Shown in pieces: positions 50,167-64,000 of a DNA stretch of 64,000 nucleotides; the stretch's first letter is position 1; each line of letters starts with the position of its first letter. The DNA is from Octopus vulgaris. Its lineage: Eukaryota. Below the pieces are notes generated by a model. That model saw only the letters and a program-made list of their open reading frames with translations. It did not search any database and was not told the origin of the DNA. The stretch spans positions 50,220,001 to 50,284,000 of the forward strand of contig OX597822.1 of assembly GCA_951406725.2 (NCBI GenBank), read 5' to 3'. The position numbers were made by a program, and so were the translations under genes.

Positions 50167-51269
50167 ACATACGTACATATCGCTAGCATGATAGATGCTG
50201 TAGTCTAGCTTGTAAAGCTTTCGAAATTTCGAATTTGGTCGAATTCTACTGAAATGTAAGAGTTCTGTATTTTCAATGGATCAACACACCATGCGGAATT
50301 TCTTTTTAAAATCCGTGAGCCTTACACGCAATTGTAAGGATTTTTCGTCATCGAAGGATGAAGATCAACTACTTGTTGCTTGAATAAGTATGACCTAATA
50401 TTATAAATGTACAACAAGTTTATGCGAGAGATTACTTTCGAAATATTCCAGTTAGGGAACCATATCATTTTGTAGAATAAGACGCCAGATGCAGGAATTT
50501 CTGGAATCTGAGTTTCGTTTATATTTTGATAACGAATCACGTAAGTCAAGATCGCCAAAGCTAGGTAAATAGGCCTTCAAGTGTAAAGGATTCTATAATA
50601 TTTTCTTTTAATATTGTCACTTTCAAAGTAAGAAAGACAAAAGTTATTATTCTGCCTTCGTCGATATATTGATAATGTTATTTATCATCAAGTATCTAGG
50701 TTTTATCATTGTCTGTGTTTTGTTTATATCTCTCATTTCATCTTTTTCTCTACGGCTACATCTTTCTCTTTTACACTTCTTCATACATATTTACACTGAC
50801 ATCGATCCCTCTATTTCTCCATTTTCCTTTATACGAGTATCTATTTATGTTTCTCTCATCACGAGATTTCTGTTATTTTATTTTCCTTTTTACTCTCCCT
50901 CTCTATTTTCTCCCTGTTTTTCTCACCTCTGTTTATCATGACTACCTCTGAGTCCCTTTCTCTTTCTCATGTCCTTCCTTTTCTTTCTCTCTCTCTCTCC
51001 CCTCTCTCTCTCTCTCTCAGTTTCTTCATCGCCACTAACGTTTCTGTTTTTCTCTCTCTCTACTTTCTCTGACTACATTTCCACACATACCTCTCCCTCT
51101 ACGCCCTCTATGTACCCCTCTCTCTTCCCGCTTTTTCCTACTCCTCTCCTCTATATATCTGTCTCTACCTCTGACTGCTATCTCATTACCTTCATAATAG
51201 ACAGAAACTGGAAGTATAAATATATAAAAACAAAGCTCCTCCCATAGAAACACGCGGAAGAGCTTTGGT

Positions 51270-51860
51270 TTTCACCGAACAATGGCTCAAGCCGGAAGGA
51301 ATAAGAATGAGTTCATTCGATCTTATGGCTTGAGACAACCGTACGTAAAGACAAAATCTTATAAGAGCTAGCAAAAACGAAAAAGAGGAAGAAGAATTCC
51401 AGGGTCAGGGTGATGCTGTGTGAGGAAAACAAACATCACGACTTTGAGTCTGAAGAGAACAACATCAGCAAAGCAAAGGCGCACCAGAAGAAGCAAAAGT
51501 AGACAAAGAAGAAGATGAAGCAAGCAGGTAAGCAAGCAGGTAAGCTGAAGTTGGTCCAAGTTGCTCACAAAACAAAAAGAGAGAAAGAAACAAGTTGCAA
51601 AGAGAAATGTTCTGAAAATACAGAAAGCCATATCTGTCTTATGTAATTCCCATGTAAGCGGTACTCATTTCGCTTACCTGAAGGCTAGGAAGAACTGTCC
51701 CAAAAGACTCAAGACCACCCAGTCACAAAACATGATGTCTCCACCTCGGAAATATGTGGATGGTGCACACATGCTTCCTAAGAGCAAAGAAAATGTAAGT
51801 TCAGTGCGAACAAAAGATGTTGAACAACGAGTGCTTTGGGAAATGACACAAACTTCATGA
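51270..51860 (+). pseudogene. Internally deleted piggyBac-like transposase remnant
   Basis: Acidic N-terminal-like stretch (EENKHHDFESEENN), then a C-terminal Cys-rich pattern CGWC...RKCKF/QCEQ...NECFGK*H across frameshifts. No DDD core or clear TTAA ends. Confidence 0.5.
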
Positions 51861-52046
51861 AATAATGAGTATTAGAAACACGTTGCCGCACAGAAGACCA
51901 CCGCAAACAACAAAGGATTCAAGGTAGACACATGTATGTATGTATCTATGTATGTATGCATGTATGTATGTATGTATGTATGTATGTATGTATGTATGCA
52001 TGCATGCATGCATGCATGTATGCATGTATGCATACCCCCCACACAG

Positions 52047-52077
<31 letters not shown>

Positions 52078-52114
52078 GGTATCCTACATCTCCAGGTGTG
52101 TGTTACCGCCATGA

Positions 52115-52391
52115 TATTGTGACGGTTGGTTTAGATACCCTGTACCATTGTAATAACAGTAAACAAGATAACGATGCAGCAGTAATAGCAACTTAACGAT
52201 CCAACAATCCTTTCACAAACCAACAATCCATATTGCAAACGAATTAATCAACCAACACCTTCCGACTTCACTGTGAACTCAACTCGAACTAACACAAATC
52301 TTACTCCGACCGCTACTATTTATAATCGCTCGGTCCAGTCTCTTTCTCGCAACCGAGCGTCATGACTCTCATCACAACATCTCCCGTTTTG
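52115..52391 (-). mobile_element. LTR (about 265 bp) preceded by a polypurine tract
   Basis: Minus strand: AAAACGGGAGA|TGTTGTGATG...TATAAATAG...GTCACAATA (imperfect terminal inverted repeat). Second copy at 16074. Confidence 0.6.
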
Positions 52392-52490
52392 AGGTGAAAT
52401 TTATTTTATTTTTTATTAAGTTTAAAATTTCACACATTCTCTTGACTGTTCCTGTAGTTAAATTCCAACAATCCATTTCAGTGTTAATTG

Positions 52491-53584
<1,094 letters not shown>

Positions 53585-53799
53585 TGTAATTACAGTAGCG
53601 TTCATGCTCAAAAGGAACTAATTTATGTAATAATATAAGTATAAATAAAAATAATATTAATAAAATGATCATAGTAAGGATAATACCAAAAAGAAATCGA
53701 ATGGAAATAAGGATAATTATTATATATTCGAAGTATACAATGACAAAAACAATAATAAGATGAATTAAAGTAGTACTAATATTAATAATAAAAACATAA

Positions 53800-54345
53800 G
53801 AAAATAAGATGGTTCAAAACTAACTTAATTAAAGAAATTCTGAACATAATTAAAATATCCTTTAAAAAGAATAAAGAGTATTCGAAAATATTCTCAAAAA
53901 CATCAGAGTGGGATATTCGACAACCAGAAAGGTTAGTAATATTATATCCACTATAAACAACGTCAAATTAACTAAATTCTATAATAACAATTTAACTAAT
54001 ATTAACAATAGCTGCGGAAGAAATATAACAAACAAAAACATAACCTTATACAAAATAAATGCACATGTAAAGATAAATCAAAATGTAGTTTAATAATAAT
54101 TGCAACCTAGAAAATGTAAGTTATAAATGTACCGTAACCTATAATAATAATAAGAAAAATGAATATATATGAAATTAAAATAATTTCCCAGCATTATGAA
54201 TCCTTTAAAAATCCCAAATTAAGTAATTCGACAGGTCTAAGTAAATATATATGGCAATTGAAATTTGAAAAAATAGGATACACCCTGACTTGGAATATCA
54301 TTAGTAAAGCTACGTCATATAGAATAGGTACTAATGTGTGTAAAA
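53800..54345 (+). pseudogene. Penelope-like element remnant (linker + GIY-YIG)
   Basis: VGYSTTRKVSNII, CNLENVSYKCTV, QHYESFKNPKLSNSTGLSKYIWQLK...YTLTWNII. Confidence 0.78.
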
Positions 54346-54384
54346 AAAAACACCTTGAAAAATCACATAGTAAAGTTTTTAAAA

Positions 54385-55625
54385 AAACTATACATGCAGG
54401 TTCAAGGTGCAGTCATTGGTGTAGGTATAGCTGGAGATGTGGCTGGCTTCTTCATGACCTGGTGGGACAGAAAATCTAAACAAATGTTAGCAGAACAGTC
54501 CACAACTACTCTAAAGTAGATATGTAGATGATATTAATATCATAGTTAGGACCAATTCTAGGGACGGCAATGTAGAAACTGAGAAAAATGTAATGTAGAG
54601 CATCCAGCAAATAGCTAACTCCATCCACCAAAGTATCAAGGTAACTATAGATTACCCCACTAAGCACCCCAACAATAGACTCCCTGTACTTGATATTGCA
54701 CTTTGGTTAGAGATTGTGAACAATATAGTGCAGCTCCTCCACTCTTATTACATGAAACCCATAACTTCAAAATATGTTGTTCACTAGAACTCAGTTTTGC
54801 CACACAACATGCAAATTAACATATTGATAGCAGACTTAGTCAGAATAATGAACAATGTGTCCCCACTATGCGAACCCTATGAAAAGAAAAACATATATAT
54901 TGAACTTCATGCACCGCATGCAGTTCTCTGGATGTGATCAGAAAGATAGGGTTCCAGTATACATGGGGGCTAGAAAGAAATTAGACAACATTATACGTAA
55001 TGATATCAGTTCTACCTGCCATAGATATAGAAATAAAGAATGGAATAGGATACAAGGAACTTGTGACAAAGCAAACAGGGGGAACACGTGGTATATAATC
55101 GACAAATATCAAGAAGTGATGTTTGTAGAGGCCACAGCCCATAGCAAACTAGCCCGTAGATTTAGAAAAGCTCTGAAGGAGACCAAACTCAACATTAAGA
55201 TTGTTGAAAAGCCAGGGAACTCTGTCAGATCACAACTATGTAGGACGTACCCCTTTGAGAATACCATATGCACCAATGATAATTGCATTGTATGTAGGAT
55301 TAGCCCTGGCATTAACCGTAGAACTCGAAATGTAGTTTACAGCATAAGATGCATAGAAGGTGCTTGTAAAGACATGAACATGACGTACATATTGGAGACA
55401 TCTAGGAGCATTGCAGAACGAATAAATTACCATCTGAGACAATATGACGATAAAAAACAATCCTACATACTCTACCAACATGCCGAAGACCACCATGGAG
55501 GCAACTTCGGTCAACTTGACATCCGCATCTTATCCAAGCACCCAAAAGACCCAACACTCAGACAAATACGGGAGTACGTCCTTATAAATGAAACCTCCCC
55601 AATACTAAATAGGAAACATACATAG
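54385..55625 (+). pseudogene. Penelope-like element, different lineage: RT core, thumb, Cys-rich linker and GIY-YIG endonuclease
   Basis: YMQVQGAVIG, RYVDDINI (54518-54541), IDYPTKHPNNRLPVLD, YMKP. The 54855-55625 ORF has C....C..C, NVVYSIRC...YILETSRSIAER and RQIRE. Confidence 0.9.
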
Positions 55626-56190
55626 TAGATATCGTACCTCCATGCCCAGAGTTTACACAGGTAGAGTAGAATAGGTAGTGGACTGTTTTGTAGATAGATA
55701 TATGTATGTGTGGCTGTGAGTGTGTATGTATGCACGTGTATTTTTAATTATTATTTATTTATATATCTATTTTTCTGTATGTAAGCATATATATATGAAA
55801 ATAATCAGATGAACATACAGACGGATAGGTTAAAAGAACAGACAAGCACACATACGCAAATAGAGACTGAGACACGTCACCATATATACACACACACTTT
55901 ACTCCACACAAGAGCACATATGGATCCACGGATCCACACATATAGAGATGCAGACCCATACATACAAACATGGTACATAGTTGCATAACACACACACAGG
56001 CATGCACACACAAGGAGACAGAGGTTCATACATACACAAACCCACACTCACACACACGCATACATAGAATATACACAAACACGGACATGCAGCACAAGAA
56101 TATGCAGGATACATCCATACAGATGAACACTCATACAAACATATATACATATGCATACAGACATATATACATACATACATACACATATAC

Positions 56191-56308
56191 ATACGTACAT
56201 GCATGCATGTGCACACATGCATATGCACACACACTGACCCACACACATATATACGTACATACATGCATGTGCACACATGCATATGCACACACACTGACCC
56301 ACACACAT
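56191..56308. repeat. 60 bp tandem duplication within a CA-rich tract
   Basis: ...CATGCATGTGCACACATGCATATGCACACACACTGACCCACACACAT repeated at period 60. Confidence 0.85.
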
Positions 56309-56487
56309 GCGCACAAACAAACAAAAAGGAACGAAGTGTAAATAACGGACAGAGTCAAGACTATTGAAAGAGTTGTAAGACGCAACGAAAATTTTAGGAA
56401 AATAAAAATATGAAATAAATGGAAATTTTACCGGTGAGTGTGTTATATTAAGGCACAAAAAGAAACTGACTCTTCCCAGACACAACA

Positions 56488-56549
<62 letters not shown>

Positions 56550-56551
<2 letters not shown>

Positions 56552-56688
56552 GACGGGCTCTTTTCAGTTTCCCTCAACCAAATCCACTTAAAATCTTTGG
56601 TGGGCCCGAGGCTACAGTAGAAGGCATTTGCCTTAGTGCAACTCAGTGGAACTGAATCTGGAAGCATGTGGTCAATAAGCAAACTACC
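56550..56688 (-). mobile_element. SINE family B 5' half lacking its first ~20 nt
   Basis: Minus strand: GGTAGTTTGCTTATTGACCACATGCTTCCAGATTCAGTTCCACTG...GCCTCGGGCC...GGAAACTGAAAAGAGCCCGTCG. Confidence 0.85.
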
Positions 56689-57240
56689 TTATTTCATAAA
56701 ATTTGCCCTGACAGCATTACAAAGAGTAGCTTGAGGGCTGGACTGAAACATTAATGAGATGAATGGTGAAAAAAAGATGAAAAAGGATATTGATGGGAGA
56801 AGACAAAAACCGCCCGCCGATTTTTTGCTTCTCTAATACACTATTCTTTTTAAAAAAAGAAATTGAGATATTAAACCTCTTACTTTCCTTTATTACTTTT
56901 GTCTATCTACAAGAAAGAACACACAAAACTGAGACACCAAGTCTCTTCAACCTGTAAATTTTCTAGCCACCTGCTGGTAAATCCTGCAGCTGCAATCCGG
57001 GTCTCGAAAATAGATAATTGTAATATTCTAATACTTCAAAAACCCAGTTCCTTTCTCTCCCCACCAAGCTTTCTCTTTCTCTTCGATTCTTTTTATTGTG
57101 TTGCCTCTCTCTAGTTCTTTCTCACCTTTTCTCAGAGGGCAACCATGTTTATTTTGACCAGGACAGTTTGTAATGTAGCGTATATCATGCTATAAACTCC
57201 TGTTGGATTACTGTACCGTCCGAGCATGAAGATTATAGTT
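56689..57240 (-). mobile_element. Unclassified element (copy 2) whose 3' end is fused to the SINE B head; 5' boundary uncertain
   Basis: 56689-56850 aligns with 24981-25135 (e.g. ATGGGAGAAGACAAAA, CCCGCCGATTTT.TGCTTCTCTAA, AGAGTAGCTTG). Confidence 0.65.
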
Positions 57241-60200
57241 GTTCATATTTAAATCCATTTTTTAAAATTATCATGTGATATTTATCTCACTTTGGAAGGA
57301 GCACATTGCTGGTGATTCTACAAATAACGGAACAGTTTCTTAAATTCTCTCTCGCTCTCTACCTGCGTGTGTGTATGTGTGAGTTGTGCTGTGTGTGTGT
57401 GTATGTGTGTGTTGTACGTGTGGAGGTGTATATATGTCACTATTGTACGCGCATAATTTTCACCGATATGTATCAGCTACAAATTCAATAAGCGCCCAGA
57501 ATGCCCAGTGCATCCGAATACAAATACCATGTATATGGTGATGATTCGGACCTTCTCTATTGTCACGCTTACAATCAGAAATGGAAAACAAAAACAGAAA
57601 TAGGTTCGATGCTAACCTACGACCAAATATATCCACCAATGTCTTTGCATATATAATGATAAAATATATATATAAAGAAAAATGCAGCAATATTTTAGCT
57701 TCAGATTAAAGTAGCTCATTTGCATAACGCTGTACATAATTCCCACAAACGGTAGCAAAACTTTTTCTGTAACTCTGTTGGGTATTAAAATGGACAAATA
57801 TATACAGAGAAGAGTTACTTTTAAATATAAAGATGAGACGATCGTAGCTGGAACGACTTTGATGCTATGCATAATTAACGTATACATCGACAACAATAGC
57901 AGCAAAGCAAAATTTACTTCTCTGTGTTGATTTCCTTGCGTTAGTATAATTAACGTCGCGTTTTATATAAGATAAGTTTATTTTCGTTTCGATTCCTATG
58001 GTGCAGCAACAAAGCAAACATGACACGAAGTGTGCTTATTTTCTGAGTTATATTTTTTTGTTTTCGTATTAGGTTCCTTACAAAACTGAAAATCAACAAA
58101 ACAACTTCTCAAAGAAGTAGTCAAATAATAGTAAATGATAAATGATTCCAATTTGTTACAATTTGATAGCATTAAAAAGGCGGACAAAAAAATAAAGACA
58201 TTTTGATGGAACGATTTTTTCCCGTGTGATAGAGTTAGTGGCCATAGTAGACATAGTATAAATGCAGTATTTTTCTCTGTGTAATTACATTTCTTTAAAA
58301 AAATGGAGAGTAAAATAACGTGCTGCGAACATGTTATTTTCAATCGTTAAAAAAAATAAACAGAAATGGCAGCAACAAAATTTAAGCAATAACGTTTAAT
58401 GCCAGTTGCTTTAATACGATTTCTTGTCACAATAAATTTAAAGGAAAGACATCATAGAAACACATTTCGGAAAATATTTCTTTAAAGAAGAAACAAAAGC
58501 TAATAACTATAATCACACAACTAGCTTTCTTGCAAGTAGCATTTAATTAATCATGAGCTGGTAGTTAAAAGAGAACATTTTAAATCATGTTTAAAACACT
58601 GAATTTAGACCATTCAGTGTACAATCGACCTAACATAACCACGACCAAATTATAATATATTTACTATGATTTTAATAAAATATACCGCTTAGAGATAAAA
58701 TAAGGTAGTTGTGATATTATACTAAAACAGTATCAGTTCTATTCAATATTTCACCTGAAATAATTGGTTAACACATGGGTATTAATTTCATTGCAATTGG
58801 AATCTGCTGGGCCATTTATAAATCTTTTCTTTCTCATTTGATTTCCTTTATTCCTTACATCTTATATAGTTTTTTTTTCCTTTTATTCTTGCTGGTTTTT
58901 GTTTCGGTTTGGTAAAACATTCCTTGTAGATGCTCGTGGTTATGTTTTATTCATAGTATGGTTTATAAATCTATTGTTCCAAAGTGACCAAAATAAAGAT
59001 TAGCTTCTCAGTTCAGTTTTACTTTTGCTGGTCGGAGTGGTATACATAACATTTTATCGAATTTCGTGGAAAACAAAAAAAGCATGAAAGTATTACATTG
59101 AAATTTGCAAAAAAATGCCAGTGAGTTAAAACTTAATAAGCACTTTAATGTTACATTCCTTATCTTAAATGAAAGTAAAACCTCTATAGTAACAAGTAAC
59201 ACCAGCGAAAATGAGAACCAGAAAAATAAGGGACATTTTCCGTGCTAACTACACACCTTTCAGGGAGACCGAAGAAACGACAACGACTATAGAGGAAGAT
59301 ATCAACACCGAAAAGTCAACAGATCCACTTTATCTTTAGCAATAACTGCAACGACAACAAATGCAAAAGAAACGTCAATAGTCGCCAAAGCAGAAGCAAG
59401 AGCTGTAGTAACAGCAATTATAGCAGCAGCAACCACAGCAACAACTTTGAAACAGATAGCAACAGCAAGATGCAATACAAGAGCAATTAAACATTAAAAA
59501 AATAATCGCCCTCAATTTCCATCATTGTCAGTAACAACAGCAGCATCAAAATCTGAACAGACAAAGGGATATAACACGAAGACCTTCAAGGAATGCTGCA
59601 CCACGATTCTGTACAGTACACCCAGACATGTCAAAATAGGAATCAACAAGAAGAGTGAAAGGAAAAAATACGCAAAAGAAAGCATCGAGATTGCAAGAAA
59701 TACCTCTAAACAACAACACTCCCACAGCAACAATACTGTCAAAATCCCAATAACTAACACCACCACTAACACCAACACAACTACCACCACCACTACAACC
59801 ACCGCTGCCACCACCAAAAATATTACCAACATCAGAAAACACACGCACTATCCAAGCCGCACGCAAACTGATAAGAAAAATAGGCACCGAGAAACATCAT
59901 AAACTAGACGGCGTAAGTATAATTTGCAAAACGTTAATATACTTCATATAGTAGACGATATTAGACCCCACAAATTCATTCAGCAATAGATAGCATACCA
60001 ACACATACGCAATATTTAAAAGAACCCATGATACATACATAGGCTAAATATAAGATACCCTAACAAATTAGGAGATACTAATGGAGACGATAAACTAAGA
60101 AATAGCCTGAAGGTCGAAACAGCTATCTTTACACAGTGGAGTAAGTAGAACTTTCTCACGTTCTTCTTACATTAGGTACCATGTGTACAATTCTCTCAGC

Positions 60201-61870
60201 CGATCGGTTTGGGGAGACAGAGTAGCTGAGTTAGTTCGGAAATGTCTGGATCTCATGATACAGATCATCTTTTGGGATCCAGAAAATAAAGTCGTGGCAT
60301 CAGATGCATGAATGTGTATATAGGTAAGTAAATATATATGCGTGTGTTTCTGTGTGTGAGTGTATGAACATGAAAATATCCAGAAGTGTGACGAGCAGTA
60401 GCACGTATAGAGGAGGAAAACACGAGATGATGACTATCATCAGCATCAGTGAACTGGAAGCTCCAACAACTGTCAAAATTAAAATTATGCTATTTCACGT
60501 ACCAGAATTTCGCTATGATTCCGCATTATATGATAAGGCAGGCAGCCAAATTCAAAATTATCTACGAGCTGCCTAACAAGAAATAGGTTACAATGATTGG
60601 TAATATTAGGGAAATTCGGCAAGGTTTTAGACAAGTGCAGAGCCTCTAAGCAGAACTTAAATAATGCGCCACTACACATTCAGTTGGTTGCTCCGGAGGT
60701 TCTTCTTAACACCTTCCGTTCATTATATTTCAAAGGTGTGTTTCATGCTGAAATGGAGCATGGTGTGCCGTTTTAATTTGGATTTGTCGAAAGTTTAATA
60801 AAATGTTGGTTATCGCTACATCTTGTTTGCCATAAAAACTTCCCGATTTCCGATGCTGAATCGTTGCAATATAAACTAGCAGATGTTCATTTGTCAAAGT
60901 GGGCCACTTCGTCGTCACGGATCCATGCTAAACTCCTCTGCATATTACAAAGTTGGATTCATTCTTACAGATATTGGATTACTTTCCTGGGCAATTATTT
61001 GAATAAATATAGAAAAATCTATATAAAAAATTAAATGATTATTTACATGCAACATGCCTTATTACAGAGTCAGTTCCCAAATCCTCAATGAGTCAAAATG
61101 ATTTTGTCAGAGGGACTGTTTTATAGTAACTATCTGGAAGTTTTCAGTCCACCATTTATTTTAACTATTATTGATAATTTTAATCTATCACAATTTCAGT
61201 TTCAATGGAAACTTACTTTTTCAGTTCATTTACATTTAAAACAGTTTCACTATGTATTTGGGAACGAGTGGGGTGGATCTAAGAAAAATAGTTGCGTTTC
61301 CAACTTTGACAATGTAAATATTTGTGCACTAACAACACAGCGAGGAGACTTTCCGTGTTCTTGTTACCTCTATTTATATGCAGATATAAGCAAATATTTT
61401 GAAATGTAAATTTTGTTCTCTCTCGACATTCATAGAATTTAACAGGGAACAGTGAAAAATGTTTTCTAGGTAAAAAAGTGGCGATATAGATGCGTGCACA
61501 AATACATGTACAAATAAACACAAATATTATCTCTCTATCTATGTGTATGTATGTCGATCTGTTTGTCTATGCATCTAGATGGATCGATCGATAGATATAA
61601 ACATATGGGTAGTTGTGGATTTTCAATACAAGATGTAATTTTTAAATGTAGTGACAAAAGATATCGAGTTTACAAAACTCCTCCTTCGTGTTGTATCGAT
61701 GATTTACGTGAGAGTTGTGTGTTTAAATTTTCTTACAATGCTCAAAAATGAAATGTATGGAAACACATTTTGTAAATAAGCTTACACCTACCAACTACCT
61801 TCCAGCATACATTTTTAAATAAATAGCATAGTCGAAGACATTCCCACACAAGCTTCAAGGTGTGTGCGTG

Positions 61871-61925
<55 letters not shown>

Positions 61926-61963
61926 CTATACATGTACACATATACATACATAAATACATACCA

Positions 61964-62005
<42 letters not shown>

Positions 62006-62024
62006 CTCCGCGCTGCAGCTATCA

Positions 62025-62173
62025 TCACCATATATACAAGACGAGAGACCGAGAGGATTGCAACAAGTATCGGGACATTCACGCCTGAGCATTGCAAATA
62101 ATATCCTCACCCGTAGCCTACACAATCGCCTCCTCATTCTCGCGGAAGACGTCCTCTCTGAGTGCTTTTGTTA

Positions 62174-62208
<35 letters not shown>

Positions 62209-63020
62209 TTAACTGAAAATTTTTATTCACCTTTTGTTTTGAGTGAATTTGTGAGTGACTGTCAGCGAAACGTTGAGAAACGTTATGTATGTATGTATGT
62301 ATGTATGGCTTCAGCGACACACGCACACAGGTACACACATACACACACACACGTACACACGCACACAGAGGGCACACCAACTTCAAAAGAACTTCCCCGA
62401 TCCAATCGCACTCTCTGTGTCTCTTTCGCTTTTACGCCGACTTGAAAAGATACCTTTCTCCCATCCCGCATATATAAAAGATAAAAAATTACGGGAAGCG
62501 ACGACCTTCTTCACAAACATAAACAAAAACACGTGCCCCATAGTTTGCCATCTATGGTACTCATACTGTAATTTAGCCAGTCTGTGAATAATGTAAGACC
62601 TTTGGCAGTGTACAGCAGTAAATGCAGACAGCCCTATTACTGATTAGTGCACAGTGTACACCCATCCGATGGTCTCACTTCTGAAGACAGCATCTTCTTC
62701 TCAGACTTCAACGCGTGCTCATGGCTTGCATCTGTTTCATCTATTATGGGCCCAGATATAGTACACGGGGACATCTACATACAAAAGTGTTCGGGCAAAC
62801 AGATCACATTGGCATAATTTGAAGAAAAATGCGGAAGTGGTTTCTGAATACGTTTCGATCATTGTCTTCTGTGAAATATAGACGCTGGCTATTTTCAAGG
62901 TGTCCAGATATATTTTAAGAAGGTGTTGCTACACGTAAACAGGGCGTGACTTTTGTGATGACAGTGCATTTGTCTGAAAGCAGAACAGTTCGTCATGCAG
63001 CGCTTGTCAATTGGCTGAAG
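62025..63020 (+). pseudogene. RTE-clade (BovB-like) LINE remnants
   Basis: AAIITIY...[36 protein letters not shown] (62025-62165), VYTP..G.TSEDSIFFSDF (APE-like, about 62655-62710), FCDDSAF (about 62952). Confidence 0.7.
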
Positions 63021-63602
63021 TAACATGAAAGGAATCGTCAATCAAGGTATATTAGTGAATAAATCACTAACCGAAATAAGTGGATTGTTTAGGAAAAGAC
63101 TATTTACTTCTCTAAGGTTTGTACTGGATAATTTACGAAAATAACTCTGACAGTCCAAATACTAAGAAATAAACATACTCATCTTGATTTATACTAAATA
63201 ATATAGGAATGGTTTATTTCCATTGGCTAGGAAAATGAATGGGTTCTTTCTCTTGGGTGTTAATAGTTATATGTGTGGATCTCTTCCAGGAACCTTAGTC
63301 ATCCAATTCTAGATTTTTATTAATCTTCAATGAGCTTAGTAACAAACTGAATGTTGCCTTAGCACGTTTGGAAAGAGTTACACGAAAATTCCTTAGCGGG
63401 TATAGACGGCCATTTGACAAACAGACAAACACAGAGAGAACGTGATTATATATATATATATATATATATACGAATGTATATGTATGGATGTATTTACGCA
63501 TTTATATAAGTATAGATATACACACACATATATAAACACCTAGGCATATATATACCTATATAAATATATCAATATATATAGATATACATTATATGGGTGT
63601 AC

Positions 63603-63644
<42 letters not shown>

Positions 63645-63646
<2 letters not shown>

Positions 63647-63761
63647 AAAGTTTACGAAATAAAACAAAAGACGAAGACAGGTGGTGTACAAAACAAACAG
63701 ATGTATTAGTATAACGCTCAGGAATAAAAAAAAGTCTTTTACGTTTCGAGCCTACGCTCTT
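63645..63761 (-). mobile_element. Penelope pLTR-like repeat, same family as 27380-27630
   Basis: Minus strand: AAGAGCGTAGGCTCGAAACGTAAAAGAC...TTCCTGAGCG...CTAATACATCTGTTTG...CACCACCTGTCTTCGTCTTTTG. Confidence 0.65.
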
Positions 63762-64000
63762 ATATATATATATTATAGCTACACACACACATATACATAC
63801 ACATCTATATGTGTATGTGTGTGTGTGTGTGGTGTGCGTGTGTGTGCATGTTTGTTTTTTGGTGTACATAAATCTTGTGTACTGTACGAAGAAACAAATG
63901 TACTACTATTCACGTAAACCTTCGATAGGAAATATGGCAAATATAAATATAACCTCAATAGACATTAGCTTTTTTATGCTGCAATACAAATTATAACTTT

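Noticed and set aside
59512-59902. Thr-rich 125 aa ORF and its Val-rich antisense ORFs
   Set aside because: Low-complexity (ACA/ACC)n-derived sequence with no recognisable domain or splice context.
60600-60920. Possible hAT C-terminal remnant (also an FKKSWL...DWL stretch near 13870-13930)
   Set aside because: Too few conserved residues to call by eye.

Overview
AT-rich, microsatellite-dense eukaryotic DNA. The repeat families look like those of coleoid cephalopods such as Octopus (inference). I could not identify an intact host gene, rRNA, tRNA gene or CRISPR array, and almost all ORFs in the track are microsatellite artefacts. The window consists largely of decayed transposons: a Helitron PIF1-helicase pseudogene with an intact 3' end; at least five R4/Dong-like RLE retrotransposon pieces sitting in (TAA)n arrays; Penelope-like (GIY-YIG/RT), RTE, HERO-like, mariner/Tc1, piggyBac, hAT and LTR remnants; three tRNA-derived SINE families; and several foldback elements. 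Two observations stand out. (1) Type I hammerhead ribozymes with intact cores and palindromic stem III lie at 46928-47013 (+), 48994-49090 (-) and 49273-49373 (+). The last two form a back-to-back foldback, and a decayed element at 19965-20866 repeats that architecture. (2) An unclassified element occurs twice (24981 onward and 56689 onward) with its 3' end fused to the same position of a SINE head. About 36 nt from that end it carries a conserved motif antisense to the SINE junction sequence, which suggests pairing-guided targeting or template jumping. Coordinates were read by eye, so the ends of degenerate elements are approximate.
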